A DNA stretch of 64,000 nt from an uncultured candidate division Zixibacteria bacterium (GTDB lineage Bacteria > Zixibacteria > MSB-5A5 > GN15 > FEB-12), in contig OY760907.1 in assembly GCA_963664195.1 (NCBI GenBank), positions 2,368,001-2,432,000 on the forward strand. The letters are read 5' to 3'. Position numbers and translations under genes: made by a program. This document shows, piece by piece, positions 9,062 to 16,417 of the stretch. The notes under the pieces were generated by a model that made no database searches, was not told the DNA's origin, and worked only from the letters and a program-made list of their open reading frames with translations. Position 1 is the first letter of the stretch. Every line of letters starts with the position of its first letter.

Positions 9062-10840
9062 CTACGCTTTCACAAACTGGCTTTTGAGGACAATCGCCTC
9101 GGTGGGACAGATCTGGGAACACAGCGTGCAACCGGTGCACATCTCGGCATCGATTACCGCTTTCGGACTGCCGTGCTCGTTGGTTTCTTCTGCCGCCGCA
9201 ATCGCCGGACAGGAGATACGGAAACAGGCGCTGCATGCGTTGCAAAGCTCCGGATCAACAACGTACGGCTCTTCCATGATGCGCTTCGGCATCAGGACGC
9301 ACGGCCGTGTGGTCAGGATAACCGACGGTCCCTCTTTGTCGATTTCCTCACGGATGACCTTCAAGGCGGCATCGTAATCGTACGCGTCGAGCCGCTGGAA
9401 GTTCTTGATTCCGAGCGCTCTGACCAGCGTTTCGATGTCAATCACGCCTGCGTCGGTGCCCATGAGCGTTTTGCCGGTGGCAGGATGCTGCTGGCCGCCG
9501 GTCATGGCCGTGGCACTGTTGTCCAGAATGATTACGGTGACGTTGCTGTTGTTGTAGACGGCGTCCACGAGCCCGGTAATGCCGGAGTGAAAGAAAGTTC
9601 CGTCGCCGATTACGGCTACCGTGCCCTTCTTGGAGGCTTTCACTTTTTCCATGCCGATCGCGTTGCCGATGGAGGCTCCCATGCAAATGCAGGTGTCCAT
9701 GGCGTTGAGCGGCTGAAGTACGCCGAGCGTGTAGCATCCGATGTCGCCGGTGACGGCAACTTTGAGCTTCTTCAGGGCCATGAAGGCCCCCCGGTGCGGG
9801 CAGCCCGGACAAAGGACCGGCGGGCGAGGGAAGAGCTTCTCAGGGGCGATTTCCGGTAGAGCCACGGTATCGATCAGGCCGGCTTCGAGGAAACCGCGAG
9901 CCACACGCTGAGGAGAGAACTCGCCGCGATTACCGAAATACTCCTTGCCGAGCACTTCCAGACCAGCCGCTTTGATTTGGTCTTCAAAAAACGGCTCAAG
10001 CTCCTCGACCACGATTACCTGGTCGTGAGCATCAATGAAGTCCGATATCTTGTTCATCGGGAGCGGATAGCCGAAACCGATTTTGAAATAGTCAAACTGG
10101 GGAGCGATTTCCTTGGCGTACTGATACGAAACACCGCCTGTGATTACACCGATCTTCGAACCATTCTTCTCGATGACATTCAGATCGGTTTCTTCGGCAA
10201 ACTCAGCGAGCTTGTCAAGACGTTCTTCAACGATTACATGGCGACCGCGCGCGTGGCCCGGAATCATCACGTATTTAGCTGCGTCTTTAACGAATTCCTT
10301 CTTGGGGCCGCCAACCGGATCCTTGAGTTCCACGATGCTCTTGGAGTGCGAGATACGCGTGGTCATGTGCAGCATTACCGGCGTATCGTATTCTTCAGAT
10401 ATCTCAAAAGCGCGAAGGAGCATATCTTTCGATTCCTGTGAATCGGACGGTGCCAGGAATGGGATCTTTGCAAACTTGGCAAAACAACGGTTGTCCTGCT
10501 CATTCTGAGAGGAGTGCATTTCGGGGTCATCGGCCGACACAAAGACGAATCCGGCGTTGACACCGGTGTAGGCAAAGGTCATAAGCGGGTCGGCTGCGAC
10601 ATTCACGCCGACATGCTTCATCGTCACCAGAGCACGTGCGCCGCCGACAGAGGCCCCGATACCTACTTCAAACGCCACCTTCTCGTTCGGCGACCACTGC
10701 GCGTAGACCGAGGGGAACCGTGCAGCCACGGTTTCGAGGATTTCGGTAGACGGAGTGCCGGGATAGCCGACAGCCATGCCTACGCCTGCCTCGAGAGTGC
10801 CCCGGGCGACCGCTTCATTTCCGGATAGTAGTTCTTTCAT
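9062..10840 (-). CDS. iorA: Indolepyruvate ferredoxin oxidoreductase subunit alpha
   Basis: GNEAVARG, YPGTPSTE, NEKVA, MKHVG, SSQNEQD, RPPVLCPGCPH, GDIGCY, TPP motif GDGTFFHSG, C-terminal 2x[4Fe-4S]. Confidence 0.95.
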   Translation of the reverse strand: MKELLSGNEAVARGTLEAGVGMAVGYPGTPSTEILETVAARFPSVYAQWSPNEKVAFEVGIGASVGGARALVTMKHVGVNVAADPLMTFAYTGVNAGFVFVSADDPEMHSSQNEQDNRCFAKFAKIPFLAPSDSQESKDMLLRAFEISEEYDTPVMLHMTTRISHSKSIVELKDPVGGPKKEFVKDAAKYVMIPGHARGRHVIVEERLDKLAEFAEETDLNVIEKNGSKIGVITGGVSYQYAKEIAPQFDYFKIGFGYPLPMNKISDFIDAHDQVIVVEELEPFFEDQIKAAGLEVLGKEYFGNRGEFSPQRVARGFLEAGLIDTVALPEIAPEKLFPRPPVLCPGCPHRGAFMALKKLKVAVTGDIGCYTLGVLQPLNAMDTCICMGASIGNAIGMEKVKASKKGTVAVIGDGTFFHSGITGLVDAVYNNSNVTVIILDNSATAMTGGQQHPATGKTLMGTDAGVIDIETLVRALGIKNFQRLDAYDYDAALKVIREEIDKEGPSVILTTRPCVLMPKRIMEEPYVVDPELCNACSACFRISCPAIAAAEETNEHGSPKAVIDAEMCTGCTLCSQICPTEAIVLKSQFVKA

Positions 10841-10880
10841 ATTGTCTCACATAAAGTTAGATAAATTCTACTTATGGCTG

Positions 10881-10896
10881 TGGCATGCAAATTGCA
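10881..10896 (+). promoter_or_regulatory. Sigma54-type -24/-12 element inside a palindrome, oriented away from iorA
   Basis: TGGCATG-CAAA-TTGCA matches TGGCACG-N4-TTGCW; it lies within GCATGCAA-A-TTGCATGC (10883-10899). Confidence 0.45.
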
Positions 10897-11156
10897 TGCG
10901 ACATAATTGGACGAAAATAACGACCGGCGGCCTGATAGGCAACCGATTTTTTCCCGTGTGACTACCGTGTGGTCTTATGTCTGCACTTGGAGACGGCGGC
11001 TGAATGCCCGTGGGAGAAGGGTTTAGCGTGGGCGGGGGGATGTGATGTCGTGCTGGCTGGTAGGTGTCGGGCCAGAAACGATGCGAACAAGGCCTGTTCG
11101 GACAGATGGCTGTGGGGCGATTGTGAATCGGCGAAACAACCCCCAATACAATCCGA

Positions 11157-12038
11157 TCAGGACAAGGCGTCGACACACCGCCTGAAAGCACCGATATGCT
11201 CCGGCGTAGTGCCGCAGCAGCCCCCCAGTATCTTAACTCCACATTCAAGCAGCTTTCCGCACCGTTCAGCCATGAATTCCGGTGTCTCGGAGTAAACCGC
11301 TTCGTCCCCTTTCATCTCAGGGAGACCGGCATTAGACTGAATGATCAATGGGAGCTGTGTATGCCGGTGGAATTCTTCGGCGATCTTCACCATGTTGTCG
11401 ATGCCATTGCCGCAGTTGGAGCCAATGATATCGGCCTCGGCCAGTTCTGTTGCAGTCTGCTCAACGGTGGTCCCCATAATCGTGAAGAATCCTCGAGGGA
11501 TGACGTCGAAGGTCAAGGTGCATGATACCGGAATGCCGGGGGAGACGTTGTGGGCGGCCTCAATCGCGAGTTTGGCTTCGGCCAGATCGGTCATAGTTTC
11601 GATGCATATCAGATCAACGCCCTCTTGTGCAGCGCCTCTGATCTGGGTTGCGAAACTCTCACGGACCTCTTCAGGGTCAACGTCGCCGTACGGTTTCAAG
11701 AGATGACCGCACGGACCTACCGACAAAGCCACATACGCTCGATAACCGACCGCCTGTCTGGCGGCACGCACAGCAGCAGCGTTGATCTCTTCGGTTCTGT
11801 CGTCGAGCTTGTACTGTGCCAGTTTCAGCGATGATCCGCCGAAGGTATTTGTCGAGACAATGTCCGATCCTGCCTCGACATACAGAGCGGCGATTTCGGT
11901 CAGCACCTCTGGTCGTTCCAGGTTCCACTTCTCCGGGCACTGTCCGAGTACTAGCCCTCGCTGAAGGAGCATCGTTCCCATAGCACCGTCACCCACAAGG
12001 ATCCTGCCTCCACGGATCCGATCAAGCAGGTCGCTCAT
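11157..12038 (-). CDS. Homocysteine S-methyltransferase family protein (stand-alone MetH N-terminal domain)
   Basis: DGAMGT, TNTFG, ETM.D..E, GSNC, NAGLP and GGCCGT zinc ligands; ATG overlaps the upstream TGA (TGATG). Confidence 0.92.
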   Translation of the reverse strand: MSDLLDRIRGGRILVGDGAMGTMLLQRGLVLGQCPEKWNLERPEVLTEIAALYVEAGSDIVSTNTFGGSSLKLAQYKLDDRTEEINAAAVRAARQAVGYRAYVALSVGPCGHLLKPYGDVDPEEVRESFATQIRGAAQEGVDLICIETMTDLAEAKLAIEAAHNVSPGIPVSCTLTFDVIPRGFFTIMGTTVEQTATELAEADIIGSNCGNGIDNMVKIAEEFHRHTQLPLIIQSNAGLPEMKGDEAVYSETPEFMAERCGKLLECGVKILGGCCGTTPEHIGAFRRCVDALS

Positions 12039-12670
12039 CAGGCGGCCCCCACGAATCGTTTCACACACTCCACCGCGTTCATGCCGTCGAAACAGTAGGC
12101 ATCGGCGCCGATTTCCTCAGCATAATCCGATGACAACGGTGCGCCGCCGACCAGAATCCTGATCTTGCCGTACAGACCGCGTTCTTTGGCCAGTTCGATC
12201 ACTCGCTTCATCTGCGGCATGGTGGTAGTGAGCAGGGCAGACATGCCTATTACGGTTGCGCCCTCTTTTTCTGCGGCGTCGAGGAACGCTTCCGGGGCGA
12301 CATCGTTGCCAAGGTCAATGACCTCGAATCCGGCACCCTTGAGCATGATGCCAACGAGGTTTTTGCCAATATCGTGCAAGTCCCCCTGGACCGTTCCGAT
12401 AACAACCTTGCCAATAGTGGGAATGCCGTCTCTGATAAGCAGTGGCTTGAGCAGGTCCATACCGGCGTACATAGCTTTGGCCGCGAGGAGAACGTCGGGG
12501 AGAAATATCTCGTGGGCTTTGAACTTCTGCCCTACCACGGCCATTCCTGCGATCAAACCGTCATCGAGAATGATCTTCGGGTCGGTACCGTCGTCTATGA
12601 CGCAAGCAGTCAACTCGGCCACTTCGCCGACGTCGCCTTTTTCCAGTGCCTCGGCTAGTTGTTTGAACAT
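12038..12670 (-). CDS. Corrinoid (cobalamin-binding) protein, MttC/MtbC-like
   Basis: Cap domain (GM..VG.KF...EIFLP), GDLHDIGKNLV, SALLTTTM, VGGAP. Confidence 0.95.
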   Translation of the reverse strand: MFKQLAEALEKGDVGEVAELTACVIDDGTDPKIILDDGLIAGMAVVGQKFKAHEIFLPDVLLAAKAMYAGMDLLKPLLIRDGIPTIGKVVIGTVQGDLHDIGKNLVGIMLKGAGFEVIDLGNDVAPEAFLDAAEKEGATVIGMSALLTTTMPQMKRVIELAKERGLYGKIRILVGGAPLSSDYAEEIGADAYCFDGMNAVECVKRFVGAA

Positions 12671-12696
12671 TCGTATATCCTTCTCATAAGGCAGTG

Positions 12697-13410
12697 TTAT
12701 TGTCCTTGCACGGCTCGTATTCTATCACGGCACGTACGTGTCTGGCAATCGGCACAGAACGGGTAAGTGTCTTCAAACTCGAAAATCGCCTTCTGTCCGG
12801 CCAAAATCACGCCGCTGACAGATTTCAGCGGCTGCATGAGACAGCTCTCTGTCAGAGTAATGCCGATATCATCAGGCGCCAGGATTGAGAACAGTGCTTT
12901 CTGTCCGCTCACATGCCATCCGCAGTAGCCGGGGCTGAACCGGAGTGTCCCCATGTCTTTGCTCAGGCTGCTGCGGGTTTTCAACTGATTCCGAAACGAC
13001 GACTCAATCCATTCGGCGGCAAGGTCGGCCCCCTCAGACGCGGCAGCGTCGAGCATGGCCGCCTCGGCAAAATCATTGGCTGCAAACAAGCGCGTGATCT
13101 CCGCCGATATGGGAGCGCCAAGAGTCACGGCAAACAACGCGAGTCTATCGGCCTCGGGGAATATCCCTGCCAGCGGGTTGTCTTGCTCGTTTTTACCCTT
13201 GCCTTCGAGCATCCTGGCGAACCGCTCAATCGAGACTTCGCACAATACGCCTACCGGAAGGGCCAATCGTTTGAATTCGCGAATTGCGCTTTCCGCAATG
13301 AGCTCCACTCTGAGAGAAAGCCCGGTATTGTTGGGGACACCTTGAGCGCGAAGGACCGCGTCTTTGTTGGGTGTGATCAACCCCGTATCGATGTCAAAGC
13401 GTCGCTGCAT
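12697..13410 (-). CDS. B12-dependent methionine synthase reactivation (SAM-binding) domain protein
   Basis: FAVTLG, LDAAAS, RFSPGYCGW, GITLTESCLMQPLKSVSG, C-terminal CxxC-x4-C; ATG 13410 overlaps the mttB stop. Confidence 0.88.
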   Translation of the reverse strand: MQRRFDIDTGLITPNKDAVLRAQGVPNNTGLSLRVELIAESAIREFKRLALPVGVLCEVSIERFARMLEGKGKNEQDNPLAGIFPEADRLALFAVTLGAPISAEITRLFAANDFAEAAMLDAAASEGADLAAEWIESSFRNQLKTRSSLSKDMGTLRFSPGYCGWHVSGQKALFSILAPDDIGITLTESCLMQPLKSVSGVILAGQKAIFEFEDTYPFCADCQTRTCRDRIRAVQGQ

Positions 13411-14867
13411 CAGGCAAACTCGGGTAGCTTTTCCATGCCGTATTTTCGTGCTTCGGCTTCCATCCGCCCGGTAAGTTCTCGCTTGATGTCGTTCGACAGG
13501 GGGCACGGTTCATAGTCGTTGACCAATCGTTCGACCTCGCACCTGGCACGTTCTGTCAACGGCCTCGACCCTTCCTCGCGCCATCGATCCCGATTCGCCC
13601 GGTCGATCACCGATCCGGGGAAGTAGACTTCATCCTTGAGATACTTGCGTGTGTGATCGGCGATCAATAGGTGCTTTTCGCGCAGTAGTTCCTCAAAGAT
13701 AGGTTGAGCAGGGAAATCCTCTTTTGGCTCGATTCCCTTGAGCATGCGGAGCGTCATACCGCATATCTCGTTGTCCAATAAAAGCTTTTCTAGCGAGAAG
13801 CAATTCTCGAAATCGTGCATACCCGGTCCAGAAATGTTGTTGATACCGGACAGGGCGGCCAATGTGGCCCCCATGGAGCTCTCGAAACCGGCCTGGGCGT
13901 CGAGCTCTTTGGCGTCGCTCATGCCGATGTATGCTTGTGTAGGCAGGCCCAGGTATTTGCCGATTTCGTTGTAGGCGCAGTCGATCATCATTGTCCCGAT
14001 AGCTCCCATCGGGGTCGTTTCGTACCTGATGTCGAACACCGCCGGTGAACCGCCGTAGACAGCCGGTGTGCCTGGTTTTGTCAACTGGCTGATAGCGAGG
14101 CCGCTTAGCGTTTCAGCCGTGTGCTGCACCAGCGAGCCAACCAGTGTCACCGGGGCCATGAATCCGGCCAGGGGCATGGAGATGTATTCAACCGGGATGG
14201 AGTGCATTGCACAGTCAACCACGTTTTGCGAGGTGACGTCGCACCACTTCAGGGGAGACGTCGGGCAACAGGAGAACATGGCGAGCGGTTTCTCCGCCAG
14301 CGCTTTCCCTGAGCCGCGTACTGCCAACTGCAGGTCCCGCATGATCTCGAATGCCGGTATAGTGAACGCTCCTGTTACCACTGGCTTCTGACAGTACATC
14401 AGACTCAGATACAAGCGGTAGCTGTCGGAAACACGCTCATGGACGTCGCAGGGGACCGTTGCCGTGGACTGCGAGGCGATATGATCCATCTTGCTCATTA
14501 GCTTGACATAGCGCACGTAGTCAGCCGAAGTGGCCCGCCGATTTTCGTTGGTTTCCGGGTCGAGAACGTAGATGGCCGCGGATCCGGGTGTGAAGTGAAC
14601 GTTGTCGCCGGACAAGTCGACCGCTTTTTCCCCGAGGGAGTCATACAGCGCTACTGAACTCGGCGCCGTTTTCAGTGATTGGTCGATAATGCCATCGGTC
14701 AGCCAGACGTGTTGTGTGGTCCGGTCGACTCTGGCGCCATGATCACCAAACAAAGCTATCAGGTCATTGTTGTGTATTTCAACACCCAGATTGCAGAGCA
14801 ATCCGCGAGCCTCGGAAACGATTTGCTCGATTAGCGTGTCTGTGAGGAATCTGACTTTTGGTCTCAA
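13410..14867 (-). CDS. Trimethylamine methyltransferase (MttB) superfamily protein, non-pyrrolysine
   Basis: SPL, APVTLVGSL..H.AE.LSG, SDAKELDAQAG.E, G.N.I.G.G, LLDNEI; TTG start with AGGAG RBS; Met at the pyrrolysine-equivalent position (IG-M-SDAK). Confidence 0.92.
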   Translation of the reverse strand: MRPKVRFLTDTLIEQIVSEARGLLCNLGVEIHNNDLIALFGDHGARVDRTTQHVWLTDGIIDQSLKTAPSSVALYDSLGEKAVDLSGDNVHFTPGSAAIYVLDPETNENRRATSADYVRYVKLMSKMDHIASQSTATVPCDVHERVSDSYRLYLSLMYCQKPVVTGAFTIPAFEIMRDLQLAVRGSGKALAEKPLAMFSCCPTSPLKWCDVTSQNVVDCAMHSIPVEYISMPLAGFMAPVTLVGSLVQHTAETLSGLAISQLTKPGTPAVYGGSPAVFDIRYETTPMGAIGTMMIDCAYNEIGKYLGLPTQAYIGMSDAKELDAQAGFESSMGATLAALSGINNISGPGMHDFENCFSLEKLLLDNEICGMTLRMLKGIEPKEDFPAQPIFEELLREKHLLIADHTRKYLKDEVYFPGSVIDRANRDRWREEGSRPLTERARCEVERLVNDYEPCPLSNDIKRELTGRMEAEARKYGMEKLPEFA

Positions 14868-14939
14868 TACAGCTCTCCTTTCGAGACGGGGCGCTTGATC
14901 CCGCGTCTTCGTCGAGGATTGGGTGTTGGATGAGAGGAT

Positions 14940-14968
14940 AATGTCCCCTACGCGAACAGATTTGTCAA
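14940..14968 (-). promoter_or_regulatory. Candidate sigma70 promoter of the methyltransferase operon
   Basis: TTGACA-17 nt-GACATT on the minus strand, about 70 bp upstream of the mttB start. Confidence 0.4.
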
Positions 14969-15100
14969 GCTTGGATCGGCTTGTGTCGGGTGAGAATGCA
15001 GAAAGGAGTTTGGCGGCGCGTTATCGAGCAGAAGCGAGGCATGTGAAACATACTTCGCCACACTCGATAATGGTTGGTTTTCGAGACTTGAGCCGGCTAC

Positions 15101-15545
15101 CTAGACAGTCGCCCGCGTCCCGGTCTCGAAGGGAACTTCCGCCGTCACCGACCAGTACATATTCATCTCTGCCAGCTAGCCTGGCCGGTTTGATGATGTA
15201 GCTGCTCGCTCCGAAGCGATACGCCCGGGTGACGTCGTCGGCCCGCGCAAACGTAGACAGGATGACAATAGGTATCCCCCTGGTCCTCTCATCGGTGCGG
15301 ACTTCCCGAAGGAAATCGAGTCCAGTCATTCCCGGCAGATTGATATCCAAAAGGATCAAATCCGGGATCCGGCGACTCTTGTCGTCTCCGCGACGGCTTT
15401 TCGTCAGGAACGCGAGAGCTGATTCCGCGTCCTTGAAACTGAGTAACCTGCACGGTTGCCGATTCTGCTTAATTGCGGCCGCCACCAGGTCTGCATGATC
15501 GAGATTATCCTCGATGTGCATTACGAGCATCGTTTTTTGGTGCAT
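15101..15545 (-). pseudogene. Single-domain response regulator (Rcp1-like) with internal frameshift
   Basis: IEDN, LLDINLPGMTG, LST, GASSYIIKP; the natural-looking C-terminus LAEMNMYWSVTAEVPFETGTRATV* is in another frame just after KPARL; the uncorrected ORF runs to 15021. Confidence 0.65.
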
Positions 15546-16315
15546 GTGGACTTCCCCCTGCTAATTGCCCTATGAGGCAATTGTCGACGGATATGCAAGC
15601 TGCTTCACCCGTTCACACGCGGTTCGTGACGGCAATTGTCGGGATGAGGTATCCGGAAGGTGTGACCCGCAATGTCAAAGACAGAATTCGTCGTGTGACC
15701 AGTCGACAGAGAGCACCCCGTTGCGGCTGTTTGGCTGCCGTCCTCTGATAACTGCCGATTTGACGGTATCACACACTCTTTCCGGCGTTGGAGTAGGAGA
15801 ATCGGTGGAAAGTTAGGCCGCTGTTGACCAGAGGCGATTTGGCCCTGGATGAGTGGAGTCCCAGTGTTCAGCGGGGACCTTTGTTGTGGTAATTCACCAC
15901 AGTCTGGTGGAGAGTCCGGGGGATTTCAGTGCCCCTCGTAATCTGTGTGTTCCTAGCGAGTTAGAGTCAGAATGTGACCGCAATCAGTAGTTGTGTTCAA
16001 AAACGGTTCAGGAAATCTGTCGATGTGTCGACAGTTAGAGTGACCGGAAGGTCCTCCGCACTGCGACAGCAACTGTGCGGCGAATACACACGACGGACTA
16101 CAGAAACAGACAAGATGGCATAGCAATTGTATGGCTGTGCTGCGTACTACTTTAGGCAGCCGAAACGACTGAGAGAAAGCGCATTCAACGGATCAAAAAA
16201 GTTGAGTTTTTTCTTTTTTTGGTTGACAACATGGTGGGGTAGAAGGTCATATTATTAGTTCGTAAGCTGGTGAAGTGCGCATTGGAAGCGCTAGACTCAA
16301 CGAGGAGGAGTCCTA

Positions 16316-16417
16316 TTGAACCAAATGGATAACGCTTATCAGCAAATCAAATTTGTAAACAAGCCCAAAAGTGAATCGTACATGCCAACGACTATCTTGG
16401 AAGGAGTGATGGTATGA
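16316..16417 (+). CDS. Putative 33-aa leader ORF coupled to the TonB receptor
   Basis: GAGGAGGAG 5 nt before TTG 16316; MNQMDNAYQQIKFVNKPKSESYMPTTILEGVMV; its stop overlaps the receptor start (ATGA). Confidence 0.35.
   Translation: MNQMDNAYQQIKFVNKPKSESYMPTTILEGVMV

Noticed and set aside
13410..14867. Possible pyrrolysine recoding in MttB
   Set aside because: No in-frame TAG; Met occupies the equivalent position; no pyl genes in the window
14868..14915. Riboswitch in the mttB leader (hairpin next to the RBS)
   Set aside because: Short leader with no recognisable SAM, cobalamin or THF aptamer core; only a generic stem-loop
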